DNA of 64,000 nucleotides from NCBI RefSeq assembly GCF_963678975.1, contig NC_089281.1, positions 27,857,151-27,921,150 of the forward strand, read 5' to 3'. Below are positions 21,160-34,027 of the stretch, one piece after another. The position numbers and the translations under genes were made by a program. The DNA is from Dysidea avara (lineage: Eukaryota). Under the pieces are notes generated by a model. It had not been told where the DNA came from, searched no databases, and saw nothing but the letters and a program-made list of their open reading frames with translations. Every line of letters starts with the position of its first letter. Within the stretch, counting starts at the first letter, position 1.

Positions 21160-23052
21160 ATGTCAGCTGTAGCAGATGCTATTGAAGCAGCTTCAGATGA
21201 AATCTTCATCACAGACTGGCAGATGAACCCACACATATTTATGAAGAGAGAAGATATGGAAGTTGATAGATTGTACTGGCGCCTGGACAAGATGTTATTG
21301 AGGAAGGCTGATCAAGGTGTTAAGGTCTACATGTTGCTGTACTGGGAGTCAAAAGAGGTAGCTGGCATGGATCTCGGAAGTGATTTTGTACTGGCTACCT
21401 TGAAGCATAAAAACATTGAGATACATCGTCATCCAGACTTCACTTTACCTCATCGCTTGAGCCATCATGAGAAGGTTGTTGTAGTTGATTGCAGTATTGC
21501 CTTTGTTGCTGGAATTGACCTTTGTTTTGGTCGCTGGGATACACACAACCATGAACTGGTAGATAATTACCCTGCTCACCCCTGTTTTGAAAGAGAGAAT
21601 GAGTCAAAACTGTATAGCATAGTTAGTTTTTCCAAACGCCTGTGGGATTCAATGTGGCCTGACACAAGCGCCAGATACTCTCATTGGATAGGTAAAGACT
21701 ATGGTAACACCTTCCATAGTGGAGTTAGAACTCAGCTAGATCATCCAATGGAAGATTATATAGATAGAAATAATATTCCTCGAATGCCATGGCATGATGT
21801 AGGATGCTCGATAACTGGCTCACCAGTGCAAGATGTGAGTAAGCATTTCATCCAGAGGTACAGTATTCATCAGATTGACAAGCCCCTGCCAAATTTCGTT
21901 GGTGAAAGAAAATGGTCAAGTAGATTGTGGCATATGGTGAAAAATATCCGTCCTGTTGCCAGTCACTCTATTCCAGATCCAAGTAGTGGTAATGTCAGTA
22001 TTCAAATTCTTCAATCAGTAGATAGTTATTCAAATAATTCAGCAGACAAGAAGCGCAAGACTTCTGTACACAATGCTTACCTTAACCTGATCAAAAATTC
22101 CAAACATTTTGTATACATAGAAAATCAATTTTTTGTGTCTGGTCAAGATGGAATAGTGAAAAATAAGATTATGCCTGCTTTGGCAGATAGGATTATCCTT
22201 GCCCACGCAAATAAAGAAGACTTTCATGTTGTCATTGTCATACCTTTAAAGCCAGAATTTGCAGGAGAATGGGAGGCAGAAAGTGGGAGGGATTTAAGAA
22301 CTATAAGTTATTGGAACAATGCAACAATCAAGGAAGGGAAAAGCTCCTTGTACAGGAGGCTGGAAAAGGCTGGAATCTCTAAAAATGCAATACCTAAATA
22401 TTTCAAAGTGTATGGACTACGTACCCATGGCACTCTTAACAATAATCTGGTGACAGAAATTATTTATGTTCACACCAAAATGATGGTCATGGATGATCAG
22501 GTGGCTATAATTGGTTCAGCCAACATTAATGATCGTAGCATGCGTGGAAAGAGGGACTCAGAGGTAGCAGTGATGTTTGAAGATGCAGAGATGATTGACG
22601 GCAAGATGAATGGCCGACACTTTGAAGTAGGAAAATTTTCCCATAGCCTGCGATGTCATCTAATGAGGGAACATCTTGGTTTATTGGACAAAAAGAAATA
22701 TGAGGCTTCAGATATAAAAGTGGAAGATCCATTAGACACTACATTCCGTGATTTGATCTCTGTAGCAGCTGAGAATAATGGTGTCATTTATGAGACTGTA
22801 TTTGGTGGTAAAGTAACTCCTACCAATCACGTGTGGAATTTTAAAGATCTGAAAAACTATCAATCAAAGCATGGCCTTGCTAAATGTGACCCAGAAAGTG
22901 CTAAGAAAGAGTTGGATGCACTTCAAGGCAGCCTTGTCACTTATCCAGTACTGTTCTTAAAAGATGTCCTTGAGCCATCAGCCCTGGACAACTTAAGTGT
23001 TTATTCAGAGATTTTTTGCACTATATCACTTCATGATTTTTTTTGCTGTTAA
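21160..23052 (+). CDS. Phospholipase D paralog (two HKD motifs), 630-aa ORF from the first in-frame ATG; N-terminal TM region lost
   Basis: HKD1 is SHHEKVVVVDCSIAFVAGIDLCFGRWDT and HKD2 is YVHTKMMVMDDQVAIIGSANINDRSM. Nucleotide homology to PLD copy 1 continues upstream to a homologous ATG at ~21044, but with a ~44-bp deletion of the TM segment, a frameshift and an in-frame TGA at 21124. Either the real CDS starts at 21160 (soluble isoform) or an upstream exon splices into the ttatgacag acceptor at 21129. Confidence 0.7.
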   Translation: MSAVADAIEAASDEIFITDWQMNPHIFMKREDMEVDRLYWRLDKMLLRKADQGVKVYMLLYWESKEVAGMDLGSDFVLATLKHKNIEIHRHPDFTLPHRLSHHEKVVVVDCSIAFVAGIDLCFGRWDTHNHELVDNYPAHPCFERENESKLYSIVSFSKRLWDSMWPDTSARYSHWIGKDYGNTFHSGVRTQLDHPMEDYIDRNNIPRMPWHDVGCSITGSPVQDVSKHFIQRYSIHQIDKPLPNFVGERKWSSRLWHMVKNIRPVASHSIPDPSSGNVSIQILQSVDSYSNNSADKKRKTSVHNAYLNLIKNSKHFVYIENQFFVSGQDGIVKNKIMPALADRIILAHANKEDFHVVIVIPLKPEFAGEWEAESGRDLRTISYWNNATIKEGKSSLYRRLEKAGISKNAIPKYFKVYGLRTHGTLNNNLVTEIIYVHTKMMVMDDQVAIIGSANINDRSMRGKRDSEVAVMFEDAEMIDGKMNGRHFEVGKFSHSLRCHLMREHLGLLDKKKYEASDIKVEDPLDTTFRDLISVAAENNGVIYETVFGGKVTPTNHVWNFKDLKNYQSKHGLAKCDPESAKKELDALQGSLVTYPVLFLKDVLEPSALDNLSVYSEIFCTISLHDFFCC

Positions 23053-24346
23053 TCCTTGTGTGTGCACTTTGTGTGCACGGTAGTGTTGATTATACTTTGT
23101 ATAATATAACTCTTGATATAAGTGTTAGCTATTATATATTTGAACTTTGCAGTAGTGCAAAATTTTCATGCAATTGTCAAGTGTAAACAATTTAAGTAGT
23201 ATAGATTACAGGAGCCCATTGTGCCACAAGGCACAATTTGAAAAGAGCATTTATTAATAATGAATATAATAATAGTCCCTGCACACGTTTGCTGATTTCC
23301 AACTGTCGTCAGATTCCTCACAGGGATGGATGTGAGTTGCATTAATGCATTAGCAGCGTAATTTAACACCTAGGTTGTGGCTTTGTATCATCTATTAGTG
23401 CTCCTTCGTAGTGACTCAAAGATCTAGATGACACAATTATATTGTTTGAATGAATATAAAAATTATGTTTAAAATGTATGCCCCAAAGTAGCTAAGCTCC
23501 AGACAAAGTTACATAAATGACACTGGCTCTAACAGTAACCTTTCAATTATATAAATATAATACATGAAGTATATCATATATTATTTCCTTCTATATGAGA
23601 ATAGTGCAAGGTGGGAAAGGGTTGAATATAGATGTTGAGTGTAGAAACTCGAGGTCGCTCAGTAGCATATGCGATCCCTATGCATGCAAGTATTGTTTGC
23701 ACTCAGTGATGACGCACATCAACATTGGAGCATGCATGGAACTATATACTTGATACTTCCAAACATCTGGCTATTTCTATATAGTTATATTATCACTGTT
23801 AATACAAGTCAAAGGTGAAGCTGTTGACAAGATGTCAATGATTTTGATATTCTATGACATCATAGCTGACATCATGAAATTTAACTGACTACGTATATTA
23901 TACTGCTTGTCCTTCACACTTATTTCACACAAAGCGACTGGTATGTATTAGGCCTCATGCAACTTCTGTGCATTATTCCTCCATACCCCTTAACATTATC
24001 TGTTCAGTTTTACCCTTCGTAAACACACACTTTGGTGTACACTTAGTACACTATAGGGTATTGTTCTGGTGTTTAGGTCTGCATGGAGCAGAGGACTATA
24101 TAGTTTCAAATTGGCTATTGCCCAATATTTACTACTATAATGTATCATCTCAATGCACACATTTTCATCATTTCAATTGGGTTCCCTACTGTCATTCGAC
24201 AACTGCTTATATCAATTAACACTCCTCTCCAGACTGATAATTCAATAGAAATCTTAATGTATATCCTGCATCTATGCTTTTGAATTGCAAAAGTTAAGGT
24301 AAATTATAATAAATAAAAAGAAGAATGTCACAATGGGTTTAATATG

Positions 24347-24480
24347 CTTTACACTGTTAAAAATGAAGTGCTATGGTAGCACCTAGAGGTGCTATTTTTT
24401 GACTGAAGCAGTCAAAATTTAACACTTCTAGGTGCTACTATAGCATTTTAGGTGCTATCATAGCACTTCATTTTTAACAG
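24347..24480. mobile_element. Small MITE with ~35-bp TIR (cactgttaaaaatgaagtgctatggtagcacctag)
   Basis: Near-perfect inverted termini. Related fragments at 55910-55960 and 56090-56125. Confidence 0.6.
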
Positions 24481-25159
24481 TGTAGACAGAATGAACTTGT
24501 GGCATGGCTCCCAGTTTTAAGAAATTGTACAAGTCTTCGTGGGTGGACACTTTGGAGACAACATTAGATCCTATAGAATGGACAAGTGAGGTTTGAAGCT
24601 CAAAAAGATTACTATTAATTAAACAGTAAATTAGTGTCTACATATACTCCATCCATTATGCCGCAAATTTTAGTCTTTTTGCAGTTTTGTACATGCAGTA
24701 ATTAAAGGCGGTAATGGTCTTGAAATTTTTGTGTCATCTGCAAATAGCAATAATATGGAGGACAGGATGTGTATACTTATTTATGTGTTCAGATACTGCA
24801 TGAGATCATTTATGTAAACCAAAAACAACAGAAGGCCTAAAACTATCTTGTGGAAATCGTGATAGAACTGGTAGCTAGAGTATTTATTGTTGATCTTATA
24901 GTCACGACTTTATATAGCTTTATAGTGTAAGCAGTAATTCATTATGAATTTTATTGCAATTAAATGCCACACTGATTTGGAATGCCGCATGTATTACTTG
25001 TGATCTTAGCTGATGAAAAAGAAATTATTGAAATCTCTTTCTGACTTGAATAGTGCTTATTTTATTATTGTAACAAATCCCCCAACTTGAGCTACCAAAT
25101 TTTGTAACCCTTAATGGGTTTCAGTGGGCCCTCAACATACTAGCTAGAATTCTAGTTTG

Positions 25160-25860
25160 TTTTGTACTTGTATACATTTCATCTGTATAGAAATCAGCTT
25201 TTTATTAAGGTCTATAGAAGGTGTAAAATAAGATTATACCTGCCTTGGCTGATAGAATCATTCATCCATATAAGGGAAATTTTTCATATTGTAGTTGTTA
25301 TACCATTTAAAGCCTGCAGAATGGGAAGACAGTATGTGGAACAATTTCACAACTGATTAGTGGAGGAAGCAATTCCTTTACAGTAGATTAGCAAAATTAA
25401 TATGCCGAAGTTCCTAAAAATATTATACCTAGCCGTACATGCAGTCTATATACACATGACTGACACTCTTAATCAATTGGTAACAGAAATCACTTACGTA
25501 CATTCACAGAAAGATGATGGTTGTGGACAAATTGAGTTTAGCTATACTTGAATTACATCATGTATAGCATGCTAAGTTTCAGGGACTCAGAGATAGTAGT
25601 GACGTTTGAAGACACAGAGATGATTGATGGCAAGATGGATGGCCAACACTTCCAGGTATCTAATGAGAGAACATCTAAGTATAGCTATAGCTAATTTGCT
25701 GAGGAATTTCAAAAATGCTATCAGTCATGCAAAGTGTGAGCTTGCTATACGTGACCCAGACAAAGCTAAGAAAGAGTTGGAGTGCAGCCTTGTTAGTTAT
25801 CCAGCAATATGTTCTCAGGTTGAAAGATCGATGCTCTCCAGCCATCAGCAATAGACATTT
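25160..25860 (+). pseudogene. Decayed phospholipase D pseudogene (third PLD copy; C-terminal half, multiple frameshifts/stops)
   Basis: Recognisable remnants: KIRLYLPWLIESFIHIREIFHIVVVIPFK (~ KIMPALADRIILAHANKEDFHVVIVIPLK). nt 25470-25530 reads NQLVTEITYVHSQKDDGCGQ (~ [19 protein letters not shown]). 25600-25860 reads MIDGKMDGQHFQ...LMREHL...AKCELAIRDPDKAKKELECSLVSYPA (~ PLD2 MIDGKMNGRHFEV...AKCDPESAKKELDALQGSLVTYPV). Confidence 0.6.
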
Positions 25861-26690
25861 TTAGAATTTCTTTATAAATTTACATTAATTTATTTTACAT
25901 TGCAAATTTGGGCTGTATTTTGTTGACCATTACACCTACTGTACCACTTATGTATCTATAAACAACAATAAATGGCATCTTGAACAATCTGTACAGTGTT
26001 TGACTACTATAAATAGAGCAGTATGGCACTGGATATACTGCAGAGACCATCATGCAAATCTGAAGAGTGACCTGAAAAAAGGGACTTGTGTATGACAGTA
26101 CACAAGCATGTAGTTATACTGATAATATACACGTAGCTACGTACAACATACAGTGAGTATTCCCTTGTGTATAGAAGAAACTATTGGGGTACATCAATGG
26201 ATCAATAAATGTATTAAAGATTTGGTCTAGGCTATGATGATATAGGTATACTATGACCATAAGGGATTTCCTGATATGTATATAACCAAGCCCGAAGGCT
26301 GTAAACAAAGTGGTTAATGTTCTTTTCTTTAATTACCACTCAAGTTTTCAGGTTATGTAAGGTATAAGGTCCCTTATACATGAACTCAGGATTATAGCTA
26401 CCTGTCAGTTTGCTACTTATCAAACCACAAAATTTTGTGTCATGTTACAAAGAAGGTGGGTACTTACGTGAATGTTATGACAATGAGACATAAACCATAC
26501 AATAACAGAATGTGGTATAGAACTTCAAACCCTCAAGTCATGTGATGTTTTGTTATCATACACTTCTGTCATGATAAACCATTTTGGTAAGCATTATATC
26601 CATATTTGGTTCAAAATTGTACTAGTGAGATTACACATCGTTAGATTGTAACATGTCTTTGCCCTGCAAAATATTGTCAACTCTACAGCC

Positions 26691-27881
26691 ATGTTCAAAG
26701 AAGGTTTGCTTTTGCCATCTCTGGTTTTACTGGCTACCACTGTACCTAATATATAGACATGCAGGTAAGTGTATTTACATACACACAGTGACCTGTACTT
26801 TATAAGCTTTATACTACTCACTTTCTATACATATGTATAAGCATTATGAGTTTCTATTTATTCTTTTATTAATTAAGGCTTTGCTTTACAACACAGATGC
26901 TGGAGGTCTGTCGGTCCTATATACATTCCTTTATTTCCTTATATATATATATTGCATTTTATGTGCTCTTATTTAATCTTATATATAGCCTCTGGCTTAC
27001 TAGACAGACCACTGCATGTCTTTGTTATAACACCATGCAGGTAGCCTTTTGACAACTGTGCTGTTAATTTAATCAATTCCTCTTCTTTATACTTTTCCTA
27101 TTCACATGTATGTTTTACAGTGGCGCTTTATGCTTTCATCAAGTACATATTCATGATGTCTAGTTGTTTGAATGATGCAATGAAATGGCACCAACATGTC
27201 TAAGTGTGAGTGTGCATGCTTTGCTAAATGATATGTATAGGGAAAGCAAGTGGCCACACCTCTCAATAGTATATGGTAAATACAATAATAGCTTGTAGGG
27301 TTTTACCCAGTCCCAAGTCATCAGCTATGAGAATACAACCTTTGTGACAAACTTGCCAAACTTTATTTAGTATCACCAGCGTGCACAAAAGTATATGTAC
27401 TATATGTAATAATATTTGTACATGGTTATAATAGCTCAGCTTAGCATAAGTAAGCTACATATAGCGTACGTGTGAATGTGTGATATGAATGATTTTTCTT
27501 AATTTTCAGCCACTCAACTACCCTGATATTCCAGTGACATACAGGGTTATCATAAATGAAGCAGATCATCCTGATTGTCCTCTAGCAGGCAATACTTCCA
27601 GTCCAGGTGAAATAAATCTTGCAGTACCTCATGGAGTTACTGGTATTCAACTAATGGAAGCTGCAGTGGCTGTAGATAAGAAGTTTCATTTTACAGCATC
27701 CTTTGACTATGCAGAGTTTGGGTATCATATTGACTCAATCAATGGCATTCTGGAGGATGCAACCTGTTACTGGGGACTGTATTATCAATCTTACAATGCT
27801 ACCCCAGTTTACAGCAGTGTTACAATCAGTTCCTTTTATCCCAGCTTTAAGGCAATAGTCACTTGGATCTACGGAAAGTAG
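26691..27881 (+). CDS. TCbeta-like secreted protein gene 1 (possibly defective): exon 1 26691..26764, exon 2 27510..27881
   Basis: Exon 2 (acceptor aattttcag) encodes PLNYPDIPVTYRVIINEADHPDCPLAGNTSSPGEINLAVPHGVTGIQLMEAAVAVDKKFHFTASFDYAEFGYHIDSINGILEDATCYWGLYYQSYNATPVYSSVTISSFYPSFKAIVTWIYGK*. The candidate signal-peptide exon MFKEGLLLPSLVLLATTVP..(donor gtaagt) is 74 nt, so it is out of phase and carries an in-frame stop relative to its paralogs. Confidence 0.55.
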
Positions 27882-29118
27882 CTCTATGGCCTTACACCAC
27901 TTATGCATGTGTTAATGCAGCCCGATTGTATATACTTATGTTTCTGGTATAGTTAATTCATCCATGTGTCTTCTTAGCTGTGTCACTGTGTGCCCAGAAA
28001 TCACTAATGAGGACAGGATGCATGCTGCCATCTGCATGCCAGGGATCTTGAACTTACATACTATATACAATTTAAAACTCACTCATGTAAAGGAACAGCC
28101 CCCATGCACAAAAGACCATTTGCTAGTCATCTTAAAAACGCTATAAGCACCCAACACAATTCATTAGTATCTTTTAAATGATTCTGTTGAAGTATGCAAT
28201 GGGTGACTGACTGACTGACTGACTGTATAGAGAGTGCATAGCATGATGAGATGACTCAGTAAAGCTTCAATTGCTAGCTACAATTATTTCATTCTGCTGA
28301 TATGCATCAAGTACATATATATGCCACTAGATTTATTACCAACGTTTGTGACAGAAGTAGTAGTGACTATATAGATTGCTGCATTCCTGTAAAAATGTAT
28401 GTTGCACTACCATGCACTATACAAACCCAAGCAATTTAGTGATCTGTAGTTTATTGGTTGCATGGCTGATAAAGAGCATGAGACTTTATACATATACTGC
28501 TTAAGGTGAGCTCTAAGAATCACTCAAGAAAATACCTTCTAATCACCCAACCCGCCACATACATTGATTCATACAAGTATAGTTTCTTTCCCACTAATGT
28601 GCTTAAGCTCTGGAACAGTTTACCCCCAGACATTGTGCTTATAAGTATCCCGATTGTCCAAGTCAGCTCACCATGCAATTAAGTGTCCAAATTATGTAGC
28701 AAGTGTCCACATTATCATAATTAATTCTGCTGACCTTAGCATGCTACGGGTTACAGAACTCAGATAGCTGAAGACACATGCAGAGCAGATCATAATAGCA
28801 AGGTGAATAGCTGACACTTCCGAGTCCTCTGCAATGTCATCTAATGAATTAGACAACAAGGAATGAGAGGCTGGAAATTAGAATATGCTTAGATACAGTT
28901 TCTTGAAATGAGCACAAAGATAGCTATGAGTTGATCCATATTTAAGAGGATGTTTGTTGGTGAGACAACTCCTAAAACTAAGTTCATGTTTATATAAGCT
29001 TCAGCCGGCAGTGTTGTTGGTTATATAGCAGCAAAACTCTTAAATTTCCAATTAATATGTATCTATAATCTGATAGTTTTCATTTTTCCTTAGCAACACT
29101 GTTGCATGTTTCATAGTA

Positions 29119-29349
29119 CAGTGGAAAACCTCAGTTACCCGGACCTCAGTTATCCGGATTCTCAGTTAACCGAACTATGGAAATGACTGCTCTATTAGAG
29201 TAGTGACTGCTCTATTAGGGTAGTCTATACAAAAGCTATATGATATTTTTACCAATGTTGTTTATGGTTTAACGTTTCATAGATATGGACTTTTCAGACT
29301 TATGGACCATCCCTGGTCCCAAGGGGTTCGGATAACTGAGGTTCCACTT
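29119..29349. mobile_element. MITE family A, copy 2
   Basis: acagtggaaaacctcagttacccggacctcagttatccgg...ggataactgaggttccactt. Shares the ctctattagagtagtgactgctctattagggtag core with copy 1. Confidence 0.65.
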
Positions 29350-29989
29350 TATAAATTATGTGTACATGCATGATTTTTGATGAATTATCCCATTTTTATC
29401 CATTTTTTTACACTCTTCTTCATATCACATGGCTATCTTTTTTTACAATACCTGTACATGCAAGAAGTTGATGTTGAATGTAGAGGGAGTTCCAGATCCT
29501 ACAGGAGCATGTGCATAGTACACATTTTGGCAGAAGAGTATATACTGGGTCTGGGAGTTTACTAGGTCTGAGAGTTTATTTTTGATGTCACAGACATTTA
29601 CCTTCGGCTCCCAGTGGGATAGCACTTATATACATGTTAGAGTATTGCTATGTTGTAACATGTGCATTGAGCAGCTTTGTAGCTATACATATACATATAT
29701 TAGTTATGCATGCAAGAGTTAATCTTTACAAAAATGTCACAGTGTAATTTTACAAACAGTGGTCAACACCACAGAATTTTATAATAACAAAATGTGGTAT
29801 AGAACTTTGAACTCTTAAGTCATGTGATGTTTTGTTATCATTTACTTCCTGTCATTTGGTATGCATTTTGTCTTTATTTGGGATGATGGAATTTAAATTA
29901 TTATTACAGTGGGATTGTACGTCGTAAGGTTTATAACACATCTTGAATATACAATTGCAGTCAAATCTTATTATTCACAACAGCTGACC

Positions 29990-31010
29990 ATGGTAGTTTT
30001 GCTTTTGCCAATTCTGACTATCCTGGCTGCCACTATACCTTGTATAGATATGCAGGTAAGTGTAGTTGCAGTGATCTATGCTTGTGATGTGCAAATACCA
30101 AATTTTATACATTTATACCAGGCTTGCAGCACCCTATAGTTTGGCTGTTATATACATTTTTGAATTCAGTTATTGTATTTAGTGTGTAACTCTTTATACT
30201 TTTCTGGCAGTTTTATAAGCTTCTACATGATGGCTTTGTGTCAGCATATGTTTAATTTGTACACACAAATGGTAAAAGTTGTGTATATGATGCATCAACA
30301 CCTAGCAATAAGAAGCTGGCTTATAGGTTGATTATTGTATGTTACTGTTGAGCTGACATGCAAAGCTTCTCACTGTGTTCTCAGAAAACATGTTTATACA
30401 ATCTTTAACATTGCCGGAACCTGTTTCATGCTTATATTTCAGTAGATTTTTCTAACAACAAAGGAACATAATCCAAGAAAGTTTCAGACTTATAGCTGTA
30501 TGTCACAAATCAGAACTTATAGCATAAATTATATGCATTCTTTCACAAACATGTCCATAAACATGTCCATACTTCCAGTCACATTATGATGTACACCATA
30601 CATACAGGCTAATGTTGTGTACTTTTCTTAATTTTCAGACTCTCAACTACCCCAATATCCCAGTGACATACAGGGTGATTATAAATGAAACAGACCGTCC
30701 TGACTGTCCTCTGGCTGGTGATACTCCCAGTCCAGGTGAAATAAGTCTTGAAGTACCACAAGGAACTACTGGTATACAACTGATGGAAGCTGCTGTGGCA
30801 GTAGATAAAAATTTTCGTTTCACTGCATCTTTCAATAGTGCAGAATTCGGCTATTTTATTGAATCAATCAGTGGTGTTGTAGGGGATGCAACTTGTTACT
30901 GGACTTTATCTTACCAGCCTTACATGGCCTCCACAGTTGTAAGCAGTGTTGGAATCAGTTACTACTACCCCAGCTACAAGGCAATAGTCCAATGGGTGTA
31001 TGGAAAGTAG
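29990..31010 (+). CDS. TCbeta-like secreted protein gene 2: exon 1 29990..30055 (MVVLLLPILTILAATIPCIDMQ), exon 2 30639..31010
   Basis: Exon 1 is 66 nt, phase 0, donor gtaagt. Acceptor attttcag. Exon 2 encodes TLNYPNIPVTYRVIINETDRPDCPLAGDTPSPGEISLEVPQGTTGIQLMEAAVAVDKNFRFTASFNSAEFGYFIESISGVVGDATCYWTLSYQPYMASTVVSSVGISYYYPSYKAIVQWVYGK*. Confidence 0.8.
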
Positions 31011-33449
31011 TTCAATAACTTCATTAACACATTACACACGTGTACACTGTTACAGCTTAATTATTAGCATGTTTAAATCACAAGAGAGGATCTATATATG
31101 GTATATAACTGATGCATTAACTCTTACAAAAAATCGTCATCTAGCTGTACTATTGCATGTACTCTGCAAAAAAAATTAAGAACATGCGCAACATTCAGTC
31201 ATGTGAACACAGGATCCATATGTTACTGCATATAATTATATCTGCATAAGAACACAGAATGCAGTAAGCAACATGTGGTCAAGGGTACCATCTCCATTAG
31301 CTATATATTTGTTGTTGAGTTAGGTTCAAGCCAGCCTATGCTATTGAAATATGAAATTAGCTAATACTTACAATTTATATGATACAAGTTCTAGATGAGA
31401 ATGAGGTACTATACTATGATTTAATGCAAATTCATCCTACTTTACCTCATTATGTTGTTATTATTACACTTCAGAGCAATACTTCTCCTGTTCTGTCCCA
31501 ACTATATAGTGTACAATGCATGTACATTCCTTTTGTTGACTTTTCTATTTTATATAACCAAGTGTATGGCAGCTGTATAGAAGGGGATTGTTTTATTATG
31601 ATTGTTCTATTAGAGAGAATGCACATTATGCAATCAACAGCCTATTAATTTTTATCCCACTCATACATTTCCTTCTAAACTTAATGGTTGTGAAATAAGT
31701 ATGCGGGTACATGTTAATGTTTCCAAACATTTACTACGCTAACCTCTGTGATAAAAATTGAGCAACATATATAAGATGAGAAACTTGAAATTCTGAGTAC
31801 TTCTCTATAATATAAGGCAGGCCCAGAAAACTACAATTTAAGACTGACCATTTATTTGGCATCAATTTTGTCCTGCATACCAAAGAGCAAACAACACCAA
31901 AAATACTAAACTGTGTGTAGCAATGTACAAAAAGTCTTGTATTGGTAGGCGTTGGGTTGTATTATGGATGAATTGTGACCTGAATCTGTTGTCAGTGACT
32001 ATTACAACTGCATGCATTTTCCACAATAAAATAAAATAATTCTTTTACGTGCTTATGTGCAGTGTTACTCCACTGAATGTTGTGAACAATTTTGTTCTAG
32101 GACTAAAATGAAAGCTATAGACTACTAAAAGTTCAGGTAGTTAGTGATGTTTATTTCTGTAGTCAAACACACACACAGACTCAGATAACTATACTTACAT
32201 TATAAATGATAGGTACATACATTCCAAATAGCATTCATAATTTCATCACCATGAAAATACCCATGGAAGCATCGTGAAATGCGTAATATTTGTCCGCATG
32301 TGTTTATATGACCACTCAGATGCTTACACAAGAAGCTTGTATGGTTTCTGGTGTGTTGTGCATGGGTGACCACTAATTATATTATATTGATGGCCATGGG
32401 GGGTAATTTGTAGTCTCAAAGAATCCCATTGTATCGTACTTGTTCTGTAGACAATATTCTCATATATCTTGTAATTTCATTGATTCTCCATGTGATCATC
32501 ATCCTGTCTGCATGTGAGGGAAAACAGTATATTGTGTGTGACTCTGGATTGTATGGCTTGAATCACAAGACCTCTGAGCCTACCTTGTGATACACATATA
32601 TACCACAAGATATAAAAGAGCAACTCTGTTAAGATGTCTAGCTGGAAAACACATATACACTTAACATGTGCACTGAAACTTACTGAGTATTACCACATCA
32701 TGCAGTTTGTACATCCATATAAGCTTCAAAATGCAGTCATGCACCTCATATTACAGTGGAGCCTGTTAATCAGGACACTTGAAAATGTGGGCATGATAAT
32801 CTGGACACTTGGTACCAAGAGTTTATAATATACAATATTAGGAGAGAGTGTCAAACTGCCAATACAGCCTGTACAAACACACTGAGTAAAATTAGACTTT
32901 TGAAAGTTTTGATCCAATTGACTCATGTACTGGTGGAAGGCAAGTGTTGATATGTGTTGAGATGGTGAAACCTTTGTACAAACCAAGGTGTTGATATTCT
33001 ATCTTACTCAGTGTATTTGCTGGAATGTACTCCTGTTGGACACTCTCTCTTACTACTTTATATTATGAACTCTTGTTGGTACTAATGGTCTCAAAATATC
33101 CCTTAGCATGCATGTAAACTGATCTGGACACACCTTAATTATCACGACACCATTGGTCAGTCCCAAAATGCATATCCTTAATAAACAGTAATTTGTTCAA
33201 AAGCTGAACTTAATTAACAGGTTGTGTTGACAATTAGGCAGTTTCCCTTAGCTATATCATCTATGGCTGCTTCATATGTGCATGACATAATCATGTGATA
33301 TAATTATGGTCTTAATATAGCTCTATATAACCAGGTTTAGCTCATTTGATCGGTACTGCATGGCTGTGCAGCAAGGCCCCCAGTTGATTTGCTGCATCTA
33401 CCTGTAGTCCCATAGCTATACTGAGACCTCTCTAGAATTGACTATAATC

Positions 33450-34027
33450 ATGGCAAAACAATTGTTGATCCTGCTATTTCTGGTGATGATCATGACAATG
33501 AAAAGAACTAGTAGTATGGTAAGAATGCATAAGCCATAAATCTCTATACTAGGTATATAATGTAGTTAGTTCTCTTGGTTCTACTGTAGCAGTTCATTGT
33601 GACATGAATAATGATTTATTATCTTTAGGAGCTAAACTACCCTGATATCCCAGTCACGTACAAGGTGATTATCAATGAAAGAGACCGTGCCAACTGCCCT
33701 CTAGCAGGAAACACAACCAGTCCAGGAAAATTACGTTTAGTAATACCCCAAGGAACTAGTGGTATTGAGCTTATGGAGGCTGCTGTGGCTCAGAACAAGG
33801 ACTTTCGGTTTACTGTATCTTTCAACAATGCAGGACTGGGCTATTCGGTCCAGTCTATCAATGGTGTTACAAGAGATCTTGACAACTCCTGCTTCTGGAC
33901 ACTGTCTTTCAAGCCATACTTGGCTACCAAGCTGAAGAGCAGTCCAGTTGGAATCAGCAGCTACTATCCCAGCTTTAAAGCAGTAGTCCAGTGGGAGTAC
34001 CGCCGATTCCAACATGACGATAAATAA
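33450..34027 (+). CDS. TCbeta-like secreted protein gene 3: exon 1 33450..33518 (MAKQLLILLFLVMIMTMKRTSSM), exon 2 33629..34027
   Basis: Donor gtaaga, acceptor atctttag. Exon 2 encodes ELNYPDIPVTYKVIINERDRANCPLAGNTTSPGKLRLVIPQGTSGIELMEAAVAQNKDFRFTVSFNNAGLGYSVQSINGVTRDLDNSCFWTLSFKPYLATKLKSSPVGISSYYPSFKAVVQWEYRRFQHDDK*. Confidence 0.8.

Noticed and set aside
33665-33667. ORF-track 'M' starts for several array members (e.g. 33665, 37420, 53911, 45478 MTYRV...)
   Set aside because: These sit on GTG codons inside exon 2. The ORF caller uses bacterial alternative starts. The real starts are in the upstream signal-peptide exons.
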